A stretch of 64,000 bases of DNA from an uncultured archaeon. GTDB taxonomy: Archaea > Aenigmatarchaeota > Aenigmatarchaeia > PWEA01 > JAGHBM01. The notes beneath the pieces are model-generated. The model saw nothing but the letters and a program-made list of their open reading frames with translations. It ran no database searches and was not told the DNA's origin. A program made the position numbers and the translations under genes. Positions 17,556 through 28,296 of this stretch are shown in pieces (positions within the stretch are counted from its first letter, which is position 1; every line of letters begins with the position of its first letter). Location: positions 86,436 through 150,435 of the forward strand of contig CAZOZN010000003.1 of the NCBI GenBank assembly GCA_964584335.1. Direction: 5' to 3'.

Positions 17556-19243
17556 GACCTTTCTTTTATTTCATTTTTAATATCTTTAATGAATTCGTCT
17601 TTATTAACTCCGTAGTCTATTTTACCGTTTCTTCTTACTGCTATTGTACCCTTTTCCTCTTCCTTGTCTCCTATAACTATTATATATGGTATCTTTTCCA
17701 GTTCTGCGTTTCTAATTCTTCCTTGCATTGGAGCACTTTCCAAGTCTATTTCTGCTCTAATACCTTCTTTTTCAAATTCTTTGTAGAGTTTTTTTGATGT
17801 TTCTTTGTTGCGGTCGGTAAAAGAAAGTATTTTTGCCTGCACCGGCGCTAGCCATATTGGAAGATGGCCATTTGTATGCTCTAAAAGTATTCCAATAAAT
17901 CTTTCCATGCTTCCGTAAACGGTTCTGTGTACCATTACAGGCTTGTGTTCTTTGTTATCCTTTCCCGTATATTTTAAGTCAAACCTTTCCGGCATTGCAA
18001 AATCTAATTGTATTGTTGCGCATTGCCAAGTCCTGTTTAGGCTATCTTTTACATGAAAGTCTATTTTGGGACCGTAGAATGCTCCGTCTCCCTCGTTTAT
18101 CTTGTGTTTTATTTTCTTTTTTTCAAGAACATTTTTTAGAATATCTTCTGCCCTGTCCCACATTTCATCGGTACCTATTCTTTTTTGCGGCCTTGTTGAA
18201 AGTTCAACAGAGTAGCTAAACCCGAATTTTTTATAGAACTTGTCGGTCAGCTCTATTATATTTATTATTTCACTTTCTAGTTGCTCTTCCATACAATATA
18301 TGTGAGCATCGTCTTGGGTAAATTTTATTACTCTAAAAAGCCCGCCCAAAACACCGGAAAGCTCTTGCCTGTAAACCACACCCAGCTCTCCTACTCTTAG
18401 TGGAAAGTCCTTGTAAGACTTTGGTGAGTTTTTAAAGATTAGTATACCTCCTGGACAGTTCATTGGTTTTACTGCAAATTTCCTTTCCTCGTAATCTGTA
18501 AGAAATATATTTTCCTTGTATTTGTTCCAGTGGCCTGATATACACCACAATTTTTTATCGAGAATTTGAGGAGTTGAAATTTCCTTGTATCCAGCTTTTC
18601 TGTGTTCCTCTCTCCAGTATTCTACCAGTTCCTTGTAAATTGTATAACCCTTATCATGCCAGAAAACCATTCCGGGGGCCATCTCGCTAAATGAGAAAAG
18701 ATCCATTTCCTGTCCCAGAATCCTATGGTCGTTTGGTTCCAGTTTATCTCTCATTATTTTGGTTTTTGATATTTCTCTGAGTAGTTTTTTATAGTCAAAA
18801 TCTTCTTCCTCTTCACTTTCACTTTCGGGTTTTATTTCCCTGCTTAGTTCCGAGAGAGGATGACCTTTTACTGAAATCTCAAATGCTTTATACCACCCGA
18901 AAGGCATTTTTTGTACTTCATATTTTTCTTTTTTAAAGTAATCAAACAATCCGTTTAAGACCTTTTGTGCAGTCGCAGGAGATGATGGTTTTTGGCTAAG
19001 ATGTACGTAAGGGTATATTACTATTTCTTTTGCTTTCACTTGTTCATAGACATTTTTTATTTCCTTTACCCCACTCTCCACCACTTCCTTGGTATTTTTT
19101 TCATCACCTTTCTCTACAGAAGTAAATATAACCAATGTTTCCTTTGAAACCATTTCCTTTTTTTCTATCTCATCGGCATTTTTAATAGCCCTTTTCGTAG
19201 GCCTTACTTTTATATAATCGGAATGCAAACACAAAATTTTCAT
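17552..19243 (-). CDS. thrS: threonyl-tRNA synthetase, archaeal type with N-terminal editing domain
   Basis: N-terminus MKILCLHSDYIKV (archaeal ThrRS editing domain); RVIKFTQDDAHIYC; class II motif 3; C-terminal anticodon-binding domain. Confidence 0.85.
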   Translation of the reverse strand: MKILCLHSDYIKVRPTKRAIKNADEIEKKEMVSKETLVIFTSVEKGDEKNTKEVVESGVKEIKNVYEQVKAKEIVIYPYVHLSQKPSSPATAQKVLNGLFDYFKKEKYEVQKMPFGWYKAFEISVKGHPLSELSREIKPESESEEEEDFDYKKLLREISKTKIMRDKLEPNDHRILGQEMDLFSFSEMAPGMVFWHDKGYTIYKELVEYWREEHRKAGYKEISTPQILDKKLWCISGHWNKYKENIFLTDYEERKFAVKPMNCPGGILIFKNSPKSYKDFPLRVGELGVVYRQELSGVLGGLFRVIKFTQDDAHIYCMEEQLESEIINIIELTDKFYKKFGFSYSVELSTRPQKRIGTDEMWDRAEDILKNVLEKKKIKHKINEGDGAFYGPKIDFHVKDSLNRTWQCATIQLDFAMPERFDLKYTGKDNKEHKPVMVHRTVYGSMERFIGILLEHTNGHLPIWLAPVQAKILSFTDRNKETSKKLYKEFEKEGIRAEIDLESAPMQGRIRNAELEKIPYIIVIGDKEEEKGTIAVRRNGKIDYGVNKDEFIKDIKNEIKERS

Positions 19244-19319
19244 TTTAATCCCTTATTTAATACTTAAGAATAAACTTAATAAATGTTTGGTATCAATAAA
19301 TAGTATCTAAATAGTCCCA

Positions 19320-19660
19320 GTACCCGTAGAAAACTTTTTAAAAAGTTTTATCAAAACTTCTACGGAAGAATTAATTAATATAGCCCCGTAGTCTAGAAAG
19401 TTTTTCTCTTTTACAAAAGAGAAACCCTTTAGGGAAAGAGAAAGCTCTTTGACTTGGATAATGGCCAAGGATTTCGGGCTTTGGACACGCTTCCAAAGCG
19501 TTGAGGCGAAAGCCTGTGAAAGGAAGAAACCCGGAGACAGCGGTTCGAAAACAAAACCTTTTTCATAAAAAGGCTTTGTATTCCCAAAAACTTGCAAATC
19601 CGAAGGATTTGTTAAGGGTTGGATAACGAAATTCCGCTCGGGGCTACCAAATTTAATTTT
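19320..19660 (+). ncRNA. GC-rich structured RNA candidate, class undetermined
   Basis: ~50% GC island in a ~30% GC genome with at least 7 local hairpins, including a GNRA tetraloop GGC-GAAA-GCC at 19505-19514, GCTTTGGA/TCCAAAGC at 19478-19499 and CCTTTTT/AAAAAGG at 19557-19573; not coding. Confidence 0.3.
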
Positions 19661-19686
19661 ATTAATAATATTTTTTTAATAATATT

Positions 19687-20763
19687 ATGTCTCTGAAGTA
19701 CAGTAGTCTGATTAGGCAGCATTTATCTATTCTTAAAAATCTTCAATACGAATCTGGTCTTTTTGCTGCATCGAAGAAAAGGTCAAGTACAGGATATAAC
19801 AAAAGCTGGTTACGTGACAATTTTTACGAGTGTTTGGCCTTCCAAGTATTGGATGATTGGGATACTGTTTTTAAGACTTACAAATCAATTTTAAGAATTT
19901 TTGAAAAACACGAATACAAGATAGACCGTGCAATTTCAAAAAAACCCGAACACAGGCACGAATATATTCATGCCCGTTATCACCCTCATACATTTGACGA
20001 ATTTTGGGACGACTGGGGCAATAAGCAGAACGACTCGATAGGAGCTATACTTTTTGCTATAGGAAGTCTGATGGAAAAAGGTAAACAAATTTTAACTAGA
20101 GATAAGGATTATGTCTTGGTTCAAAAACTGGTTGATTACTTGTCAACACTGGAGTACTGGCATGACGAGGATAGTGGTATGTGGGAAGAGGATGAGGAAG
20201 TTCATGCTTCTTCTATAGGCGCTTGTCTGGCTGGTCTTAATAAGGTCAGCAAGATAGATGGCATAAAAGTTGACAGGAAGTTAATAAAAAATGGAAAAAA
20301 AGCACTGCATAATATCTTGCCACGTGAATCAAAGAGTAAATTTGTTGATTTGGCTTTACTATCTCTGATTTGGCCTTACGAAGTTACTAGTAAGACCGAG
20401 ACAAGGGAAATATTAAACAATGTCAGGTATCATTTGGAAAGGAGTAGGGGCGTTATTCGTTACAAAAATGACCATTATTATAATAAGAACCCCGATGGTT
20501 ATTCTGAAGAAGCAGAATGGACTTTTGGTTTTAGTTGGTTGGCAATAATTTATAATAAACTAGGAATGTTAAGAGTAGCAAAAAAATATGAAAAACTTGC
20601 TGTTGAAACAACAACTGAAAGCGGGATACCAGAGCTTTACTTTTCACATACAGACAAATATAATCCAAACACACCGTTGGGTTGGTCAGAATCCCTTTTT
20701 ATAATTGCTCTTTATAATATCAATAAAAAACACAAAGGCAACAAAAATGCAGTTAAAAAATAA
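19687..20763 (+). CDS. glycoside hydrolase family 15-like (glucoamylase/glucodextranase-type (alpha/alpha)6 barrel)
   Basis: WLRDN and GMWEE catalytic motifs; 358 aa. Confidence 0.65.
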   Translation: MSLKYSSLIRQHLSILKNLQYESGLFAASKKRSSTGYNKSWLRDNFYECLAFQVLDDWDTVFKTYKSILRIFEKHEYKIDRAISKKPEHRHEYIHARYHPHTFDEFWDDWGNKQNDSIGAILFAIGSLMEKGKQILTRDKDYVLVQKLVDYLSTLEYWHDEDSGMWEEDEEVHASSIGACLAGLNKVSKIDGIKVDRKLIKNGKKALHNILPRESKSKFVDLALLSLIWPYEVTSKTETREILNNVRYHLERSRGVIRYKNDHYYNKNPDGYSEEAEWTFGFSWLAIIYNKLGMLRVAKKYEKLAVETTTESGIPELYFSHTDKYNPNTPLGWSESLFIIALYNINKKHKGNKNAVKK

Positions 20764-21061
20764 TGCAAGCATAAAAGAAGTGCAGGCATACGTTAAGCAT
20801 GTTCTCAGAGAGAGGGGATTTGAAGATGAGACTTTAATTGAAAAATGCCTTCTTTTAGGGGAAGAAATAGGAGAGCTCTATAAGGCAGTAAGAAAAGCCA
20901 ACGGAGTAAAATGCGATGAGAATTCTAAATTCAGCAATGTAGAACATGAGCTTGCTGATATATTAATGTACACGTTTGATATAGCAAATAAATTTGGAAT
21001 AGACCTGGAAGATGCTTTCCACAAAAAAGAAGAAATAAACAAAAACCGTTCTTGGGAGTAA
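20744..21061 (+). CDS. MazG-like nucleotide pyrophosphohydrolase
   Basis: EEIGELYKA...ELADILMY...GIDLEDAF; start taken at the internal ATG at 20744. Confidence 0.55.
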   Translation, partial: KMQLKNNASIKEVQAYVKHVLRERGFEDETLIEKCLLLGEEIGELYKAVRKANGVKCDENSKFSNVEHELADILMYTFDIANKFGIDLEDAFHKKEEINKNRSWE

Positions 21062-21074
21062 CTGGAGGATTTTT

Positions 21075-21584
21075 ATGATTAAAGTTCTTAGACTTGGTCA
21101 CAGGCTGGGCAGGGATGCTAGGATATCTACACATTGCGGCCTAGTTGCCCGTGCTTTTGGCGCCAAAGAGATAATGTTTTCGGGTGATACCGATAAAAAA
21201 ATGATAAAATCTATTGAAAATGTTACAGAGGAATGGGGAGGTCCTTTCTATGCCTCGTTCGTTGATTGGAAAAAAACCCTTAGAGATTTTAATGGAACAA
21301 AAGTACATCTTACCATGTACGGTTTGCCCTTGGATAAAAAGATTGGTGAGATTAGAAAAAGGGATAAATTAATGATTATAGTCGGCGGAGAAAAAGTTCC
21401 CGGTGAAATTTATAATATGGTTGATTACAATATAGGAGTTAGCAACCAGCCCCATTCAGAGATAGCTGCTCTTTCAGTGTTTTTAGACCGCTACTTTAAT
21501 GGAAAAGAACTAATTAAGGATTTCAAGAACGCTAAAACAAAAGTTGAACCATGCAAGAAAGGTAAAAAAATAGACAGACTTTGA
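21075..21584 (+). CDS. tRNA (cytidine56-2'-O)-methyltransferase aTrm56 (SPOUT)
   Basis: MIKVLRLGHRLGRDARISTHCGLVARAFGA is the aTrm56 N-terminal signature. Confidence 0.7.
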   Translation: MIKVLRLGHRLGRDARISTHCGLVARAFGAKEIMFSGDTDKKMIKSIENVTEEWGGPFYASFVDWKKTLRDFNGTKVHLTMYGLPLDKKIGEIRKRDKLMIIVGGEKVPGEIYNMVDYNIGVSNQPHSEIAALSVFLDRYFNGKELIKDFKNAKTKVEPCKKGKKIDRL

Positions 21585-23279
21585 TTATTTTATCTTGTAT
21601 AAAGTAAATTTTTTGTATCTTCCGGTAACATTTGAATATACTTCCATATCAAAATTATCGTGGAAATATTTGCATGGTCCGGATTTCCAAGGTTCGGAAC
21701 TGCACCAATATTCCTCATAAAACATAACACAATCTTCTTTCATTATATTTTCTCTTACTTCTTTATTCTGTGCATACCATGCCTGCAAAGAATTTTTACC
21801 GTTTACGAGAATTACGCTCGGTACGTGAGTAAATATCCAACACTCGTCATCAATTTCTTTCATTTCTTCTACTACGAAATCGTGAGCAAGCCTTGCATCC
21901 CAAGCCTTTTCCCCTAGTCCTGTAGAATATTCGTAGAATGGCACAAAAGATACTATTATTATTATTGAAATTATTGAAATTGAAATATATTCTTTTTTTA
22001 ATAATTTGTTTATATTCTTTGAAATAAGATATGCTCCACAGCCCCCAAGCAGAGCTAAAGGTATATAGAGATTTAGTGAGAATCTTACATCCACCCCATA
22101 ATCAAAACTGCCTGCATAAAAGAGTAGATATAGAACGAAAAAAATCAGAAACCAGACAATAAGTATTGACTTTGTTCTCATTCCTTTAAGAAAATTCTTC
22201 AGAGATATTTTTCCTTTGAAAGGGTATAATCCTATTATACCCAGTATTGTAAACAAAACAGGAAATCTAATATTCTTAAAGAAAAACATACCATTTACGT
22301 TTAGGTTATTTTCCACATATTCTAGGCCCAGTTTGTTCCCTGAAGCGCCCCATCCTTCTGATTTAACTGATGATGTATGAAGCATATGAGGCACTATGAG
22401 TATAAAAAATATTGTAAAAAATATTAGGAAATTTCTTTTTTCAAAGTCCTTGAAAGGTTCTTTGTTTAGCAAGAAGAATGAAATAAATATTACTATAAGG
22501 AACATTATACCTTCAGGTCTTACCTGTATTGCGTAAGCAAGCGTGGAAAATGACAGAAGAAGTATCGTTGTTTTTTTTGTCTTAAAATAACACAAGAAAG
22601 AAAATAAAGTCAAGGAAATAAAAAATATGGATACCGAACCTGCTGTAGTAGTCGGTGCCCATATTATTGTTATAGGTATTAGCGAAAAAATCAAGGAAGA
22701 TAGAATGCCTATTTTTTTGTTTTCAAATAAAAGATAACCTATTAGAAAAATCATCGGTATTGTTAGACTGCTTATAAATGCTGTAAGATAATGAGCAGCA
22801 CTTTCACTTGCGTTAAAAATAAATATAGGGCTCATTAGGAAGGAATAGCCGTTAGGCTGCTTGTTGTATATTCCTTCAAAACATTTTTCCTGATTGCCGT
22901 AGTTGCATAATATTACCCTGCCTTCTTTAGCAATATTTTGTCCTATATTTAGGTATATGTCTTCGTCGTAAAAAAGTCTGTGCGTATGAGGAGAGGCGAA
23001 AGTTCTCAGGGACATACCACATAAAAATATTATAATAACAACTATCCATGTTTTTTTATCTACATTTTTAAAAATTTTCTTTATATCTTTTATGCTCAAG
23101 AAAAATGATATTAATATTATACCTAGAGTTAATGCAAAGAATATTGGTGTTATCCACATTAGGTTTTGTTGTATTACATTTTTTTCTATTTTATTTTCTA
23201 TGTATAATGTAACGATTAAGAAAAATATGGATATTATTATCAGAGGCAGTGTATTTAGAAATTTTTCTTTTAATTTCAT
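21585..23279 (-). CDS. GT-C fold membrane glycosyltransferase (PMT/ArnT-like)
   Basis: ~13 TM; first extracytoplasmic loop motif LFYDEDIY (DE motif). Confidence 0.5.
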   Translation of the reverse strand: MKLKEKFLNTLPLIIISIFFLIVTLYIENKIEKNVIQQNLMWITPIFFALTLGIILISFFLSIKDIKKIFKNVDKKTWIVVIIIFLCGMSLRTFASPHTHRLFYDEDIYLNIGQNIAKEGRVILCNYGNQEKCFEGIYNKQPNGYSFLMSPIFIFNASESAAHYLTAFISSLTIPMIFLIGYLLFENKKIGILSSLIFSLIPITIIWAPTTTAGSVSIFFISLTLFSFLCYFKTKKTTILLLSFSTLAYAIQVRPEGIMFLIVIFISFFLLNKEPFKDFEKRNFLIFFTIFFILIVPHMLHTSSVKSEGWGASGNKLGLEYVENNLNVNGMFFFKNIRFPVLFTILGIIGLYPFKGKISLKNFLKGMRTKSILIVWFLIFFVLYLLFYAGSFDYGVDVRFSLNLYIPLALLGGCGAYLISKNINKLLKKEYISISIISIIIIVSFVPFYEYSTGLGEKAWDARLAHDFVVEEMKEIDDECWIFTHVPSVILVNGKNSLQAWYAQNKEVRENIMKEDCVMFYEEYWCSSEPWKSGPCKYFHDNFDMEVYSNVTGRYKKFTLYKIK

Positions 23280-24964
23280 TATTTTAACTCCACGAAATAA
23301 TTTCCCATAGCCATGAATTTGTTTTTTGTCCTAATCATAACATCGATAACATCTTTGGGTGTGTTAACTATAGGATAACCGTGCAAGTTTAGGCTTGTGT
23401 TTAGTATAGCACCAAGTCCTGTGTTTTTCTTTACATTCTCTATTATTTTTCTGTACATTTTGTTTTCATTTGTTACCATCTGTGGTCTCGCTGAACCATC
23501 AACATTTATTACAGAAGCCATTTTTTCCCTAAATTCTTCTTTTACCATAAATCCCATTGTCATAAATCTTTCTATATAATCATAGTCTTCAAATATTCTC
23601 TTGGATTCCTCTTCCAGTATTGATGGACAGAACGGTTGATACCATACTCTTTTCTTTATCTTTAGGTTTAGGTCGTCTTTTGACTCAAGAGATGATGCAG
23701 AAGCCATTATACTCCTGTTTCCCAATGCTCTCGGACCAAATTCCATTCTACCCTGATAGAGAAAAACTATTTTACCTACTGAAATCAAGTCTGCAACATT
23801 TTTTTCTATGTTTTTATCATAGTAGTAGCTTACTTTTTTGTTGTTTTTCAGTTCTGATTCTATGTCTTCTTCCTTGTAATCGGGTCCTAAATAGACGTTG
23901 TTAAAATTATATTTCCATTTGCCGTTTTTTTCGAAATTTAGATACAATGCTGCACCAAGTGCAAGACCGCCATCACCCATGTGTGGAAAAACGAACCATT
24001 TTTTTACTTCTGGTATGTGTCTTATTTCCATATTTGCTTTTATGTTTGATGCAACGCCTCCTGCCCATGCGATATTGTTTATTCCAGTCTCTTTTATTGA
24101 ATTTTCAAACAGTTCTACCATTTTTCTTTTTAAGGTTTCTTGTGCCATCCAAGCGAACTGTTCTGGAGGAGTATGCCATAATATTTTTCTTAGCTCCTTC
24201 CACATTCTCACAGAAGAATATTTCGCCTTTAAGTCCATTCCATCTACTTTAAAAAAATCTAGCATATGATTTTTTTTATCAGGTATTTCAAATGCGAAAT
24301 CAGACAAGGCCATGACCTTTCCCTCGTCCTCTAGTTCTCTCATTCCCATCAGATTTGTTACGTGTTCAAAGAATATTCCGAGGGAGTTTTTTGATGATAT
24401 TGAAGATATTCTTTCTATTTTTCCCTTATCAAATACATTTACGCTTCCCGAAAGACCGTCACCAACACCATCTATAGTCAATACAAGTGATTTGTCAATT
24501 CCCGAGCAAAAACCTGCTCCCGCAGCATGCGCCATGTGATGGTCTATTATATTTAGCTCAAAATCTTTAAACCCCATCTTCTTCAGATTTTTTCTTAAAA
24601 GTTTTTCGCTCATTTTTTTTGTCGGATAACTTGGTCCTATTTCTGTCAGCTTGTATTTCCAATCTTTTTTCCATCTGGCGAATTTGGGGTATACCTTTCT
24701 TCTTCTTAATAAGTAGTATTTGTCTTTTAGTGATGGAAAAGCTCTTGTTAATGTTTTAGAAAAGTCGCTCGTGCATGCAGCAACAGTTTTGATATCATCG
24801 GGTCTTAATTTAAGATAATTTAGGCAGCACTTTATTGATTCTGTTGGAAATCCCACGTCTAATTTTTTTCTTGTAATCCTTTCTTCGTTTACAGCTACTT
24901 TTATTTCGTTTCCGTCAACTATAGCAGCACCGGCATCGTGACCGTCCCATATACCTAGAATCAT
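23279..24964 (-). CDS. NodU/CmcH-family carbamoyltransferase
   Basis: MILGIWDGHDAGAAIVDGNEIKVAVNEERITRKK (Kae1-like ASKHA N-domain); HMGDGGLALGAALY. Confidence 0.8.
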   Translation of the reverse strand: MILGIWDGHDAGAAIVDGNEIKVAVNEERITRKKLDVGFPTESIKCCLNYLKLRPDDIKTVAACTSDFSKTLTRAFPSLKDKYYLLRRRKVYPKFARWKKDWKYKLTEIGPSYPTKKMSEKLLRKNLKKMGFKDFELNIIDHHMAHAAGAGFCSGIDKSLVLTIDGVGDGLSGSVNVFDKGKIERISSISSKNSLGIFFEHVTNLMGMRELEDEGKVMALSDFAFEIPDKKNHMLDFFKVDGMDLKAKYSSVRMWKELRKILWHTPPEQFAWMAQETLKRKMVELFENSIKETGINNIAWAGGVASNIKANMEIRHIPEVKKWFVFPHMGDGGLALGAALYLNFEKNGKWKYNFNNVYLGPDYKEEDIESELKNNKKVSYYYDKNIEKNVADLISVGKIVFLYQGRMEFGPRALGNRSIMASASSLESKDDLNLKIKKRVWYQPFCPSILEEESKRIFEDYDYIERFMTMGFMVKEEFREKMASVINVDGSARPQMVTNENKMYRKIIENVKKNTGLGAILNTSLNLHGYPIVNTPKDVIDVMIRTKNKFMAMGNYFVELK

Positions 24965-25004
24965 TTAATACACCCCTTTTAATTACTAAATACTCAAATA
25001 TATA

Positions 25005-26645
25005 TCAAACTTTTATGTTTTCTATAGTTTCATATATTGTTGCGTTGTAACCCCTGAAGTTGTTTTTCGTCGAATTAAATATTTTTACTATTTTTAGATT
25101 TAAATCCTTTGGCTCTATCTCTTTTTTTAATAATTTTTTATAATCTTGCGGCAATCTCCTGTAAGAATCTTCCCATATTATATCCAGGCTTCTGCCACCT
25201 CCTATTATTATATACGATCCCTTAGGAATTTCTTGTCCTTCATATAATATATTTATTTCTTTATTTAGTGAAAAGTAGTACTCTAGCATTGTTTTGGCTC
25301 CGTCATCTGTGTAAACTTCTTTTTCTGGGTAGTTTTTTATGAAATCGTAAACATTCTCTAGGTCTGATGTGCCACTTTTTAGAAATTTCGTACTTCTGTT
25401 TACAAAAAATATTGATGTAACAAAAAGGAAAAACAATAAGGACATAATAAATATATTGTTGTATTTTTTTGGTATCTTTAATTTTTTAAGTTTTATTTTA
25501 CTCAAGCTATATCCTAACATAATCAGTGCAGGAATTGTTAAGACACTCAGATATCTGGGTCTTTTATACATCATAAAGTATTCTATCCCGTTTTTACCCG
25601 TCTCGATAAATGTAAATCCAAACTCAAGAAACAAAAATAATATAACAAACCAAAGCATAAAGAAAATTCTTTTTTCTTTGCCTTTCTTTATAGTATTATA
25701 AGAGAAAAAAATTATTGACGGTATTATAAAATAATAAAAAAATCCAAAGTAGTTTATCATACTTTCAGGGTCTTCAACCGTATGCCATAAATTGAAAAAT
25801 GTTTTTGAATGCTCAAGAAACATATGGTTTACGTATTTGAATTTTATTATACCTCCATCTATTGTCTCTACTGGCCTTGAATGGTAGTTGTTGCTTATTG
25901 CATTAAATGCAGAATTCTTATGTAATAAAAAATCTGAATTATAATACTGATATAAACTACCTTCTATTGTAAATATCAAAAGGAATCCAACAAATAACAG
26001 AAGATGTTCTTTTTTAAATTTACCTTTAATATAGAGAAAAATCATGTAAATTATATATACCCCTATCAGAATCATGCCAACGATTTTTGTTAAGTAAACC
26101 AACCCTAGGAATACTCCCGAAAAGAAAATCAGTATCTTATCATTATTTTTTATCCCCTTCAGGAAAAAGAACACGGAAAGACCGGAAAAAAATGCCATAG
26201 GTATATCAGGCACTATTCTTGTCGAATAAATTATATTGAGTGGAAATATAGAGAATAAAAAAGCTCCTATAATACCGGTTTTTTCATTAAAGAATTCCTT
26301 TCCAAATAGGTATATCAATATTAAAGAACCAATTGAGCATAATAAAAGGTATATCGAAGTCGATAATTTATTTACACCAAAGATTTTATAAAAAAAGGCA
26401 ACAGGCAAATATGTCATCAATCTAAAGTTTCTTGGTCCCGAGTCACTTTCTGGTATTTCAAATCCCTTTTCCAGCGTATTTAATGAAAGTTTATAATATA
26501 TTATCTCATCCTGTGGTTGAGCGTCTATAAAACCAATATAAAAATATGACCTGATTAATATGGCTAGGATTATTATAAGAATCAGGATTTTAGTTTTGTC
26601 TTTTTTAAAAATTTTACTTATCATTATTTTACACGACTTTCTCAT
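25005..26645 (-). CDS. GT-C fold glycosyltransferase, PMT/ArnT family (paralog 1 of 3)
   Basis: QDEIIYY DE motif after TM1; FGKEFFNEKTGIIGAFLFSIFPLNIIYS is shared with the next paralog. Confidence 0.6.
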   Translation of the reverse strand: MRKSCKIMISKIFKKDKTKILILIIILAILIRSYFYIGFIDAQPQDEIIYYKLSLNTLEKGFEIPESDSGPRNFRLMTYLPVAFFYKIFGVNKLSTSIYLLLCSIGSLILIYLFGKEFFNEKTGIIGAFLFSIFPLNIIYSTRIVPDIPMAFFSGLSVFFFLKGIKNNDKILIFFSGVFLGLVYLTKIVGMILIGVYIIYMIFLYIKGKFKKEHLLLFVGFLLIFTIEGSLYQYYNSDFLLHKNSAFNAISNNYHSRPVETIDGGIIKFKYVNHMFLEHSKTFFNLWHTVEDPESMINYFGFFYYFIIPSIIFFSYNTIKKGKEKRIFFMLWFVILFLFLEFGFTFIETGKNGIEYFMMYKRPRYLSVLTIPALIMLGYSLSKIKLKKLKIPKKYNNIFIMSLLFFLFVTSIFFVNRSTKFLKSGTSDLENVYDFIKNYPEKEVYTDDGAKTMLEYYFSLNKEINILYEGQEIPKGSYIIIGGGRSLDIIWEDSYRRLPQDYKKLLKKEIEPKDLNLKIVKIFNSTKNNFRGYNATIYETIENIKV

Positions 26646-28296
26646 ATATTCTTAATTTATAGGACCTGTAACCTGCAATTCTGTTTTCAACTTCCTTTAA
26701 AAGTCTCAGTCCCAGTTCTTCGGGTTCTGTTTCTTTTCTTATTAACTTCTGGTATTTTTCGGGTAAATCTTTTATAGGGATAGCCCCGCTTATGTCTATA
26801 CTTCTAGACCCTCCCAATATTAACAAGGAACCATTTTTTATTTTGGTTTTATCATCTAGGACATATATGTTTTCTTTTTTATAACCAGATAGGTATTTCA
26901 TTATGTTTGCAGCTGCTGGGTCTGTATATACTTTCTTTTCTGAATTTTCAATGAATTTATATGCAATTTTCAAATCACTCATGCCATCTAGAATATATGA
27001 CCTGCTTCTTTGTGTAAAGTAGATTGAACTCAACAGTAAGAATGACAGCGCAATTAAAGTTATTATCTTGCTATTTTTTTTGAAATATACAGACAAGTTT
27101 TCAGGATTTATGAACCATGCAAGTATAAGCATTGAAGCTGGCGTCAGTAAGTTCAAAAATCTTGGTGCTTTGAAAAGCATGAAATATCTTATAAATCCGT
27201 TAGATTGGTCTATTTTTAAGAATCCAAAGTCAAAGTAGATTAACAATAAAATTATCCATATTAAAAAGAAATAATTTAAATATTTTTTGTTTTTTTCCTT
27301 GTAGATTTTATATGAAAAAAATATTACCGATGGGACTATTAAGAAGTAAAAGTATCCGAAATAATTTATTTGGGTTCTTTTTTCGTTAGGAGTCCAAAGA
27401 CCAAAAATAGTTTTTGTGTGTTGTAAAAATGTTCCCGGATCGTATATTATCTTAGCTCTGCCCACCTCTATTACAGAATTTAGTTCTTCTATGTCTCCGC
27501 CGTTAAAACTGTATTTACTGAACCAAGCTTCTGAGACTATCTCTTGCCTTAAAAAAGGATTGCCTGTAAATGCAAAAAGATATGAGCTTTCAAGAGCTAT
27601 TATCAATCCAAACCCTAGTATGAAAATAAAATAAAAATATTTCGTGTTCTTCTTAATTGATTCTAAAAGTAAAAATATGACGTATATTCCTATGAATAAT
27701 ACTGCTGTAAATTTTACTAGATATCCCAATCCCAATAAGATACCAGATAAAAATATATATGACTTGTTTTTTTCTTTTATTCCCTTCAAAAAAATAAAAG
27801 ATGAAAAAGTGCAGAAAAAGAGAAGAGGAACATCGGATATTATTCTTGTTGATGATATTATGTTTAGGGGAAATATTGAAACTAGGAAAGCTGCTATCAG
27901 GCCTGTTTTTTTACTGAAGAATTCCTTTCCCATGAAGTATACCAGCGTAATTGTCCCTATTGAGCAAAGAAAACACCAAAAAGATGTTGTTGTACCGTTT
28001 ACTCCAAAAATCTTGTATATTATGGAAGTCGGCAAGTATGAAAGTATCCTTAATGAGAAAGTGTCTTGTGGACCGAAATTGTAATTTTCTTCTAGATTTT
28101 TGTATTTACTCAATTCAAGTGAGTTTATCGATGCTTTGTATGCCAGCTTATTGTATATAGAATCGTCTTGGGGTAATGCATTTGTAAGTCCCGTAAAGAA
28201 GAAAATCCTCAAGAAAATAGCTATTATTAGTATAATTATAATTATTTTATTTTCTTTAATTATTTTTATTATGTCCATTTTATTTTGCCCCTTCAA
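26629..28296 (-). CDS. GT-C fold glycosyltransferase, PMT/ArnT family (paralog 2)
   Basis: QDDSIY motif; MGKEFFSKKTGLIAAFLVSIFPLNIISS. Confidence 0.6.
   Translation of the reverse strand: MKGQNKMDIIKIIKENKIIIIILIIAIFLRIFFFTGLTNALPQDDSIYNKLAYKASINSLELSKYKNLEENYNFGPQDTFSLRILSYLPTSIIYKIFGVNGTTTSFWCFLCSIGTITLVYFMGKEFFSKKTGLIAAFLVSIFPLNIISSTRIISDVPLLFFCTFSSFIFLKGIKEKNKSYIFLSGILLGLGYLVKFTAVLFIGIYVIFLLLESIKKNTKYFYFIFILGFGLIIALESSYLFAFTGNPFLRQEIVSEAWFSKYSFNGGDIEELNSVIEVGRAKIIYDPGTFLQHTKTIFGLWTPNEKRTQINYFGYFYFLIVPSVIFFSYKIYKEKNKKYLNYFFLIWIILLLIYFDFGFLKIDQSNGFIRYFMLFKAPRFLNLLTPASMLILAWFINPENLSVYFKKNSKIITLIALSFLLLSSIYFTQRSRSYILDGMSDLKIAYKFIENSEKKVYTDPAAANIMKYLSGYKKENIYVLDDKTKIKNGSLLILGGSRSIDISGAIPIKDLPEKYQKLIRKETEPEELGLRLLKEVENRIAGYRSYKLRIYEKVV

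Noticed and set aside
19307-19597. 96-aa minus-strand ORF inside the GC-rich intergenic island.
   Set aside because: Low-complexity product, with no RBS or context. The region is better explained as structured RNA.
19320-19660. Assignment of the ncRNA candidate to RNase P RNA or SRP RNA.
   Set aside because: I could not find the SRP helix-8 GGAA/AGCAGC consensus or a convincing RNase P P4/CR-I/CR-V set. The length is short for RNase P. Left as class undetermined.
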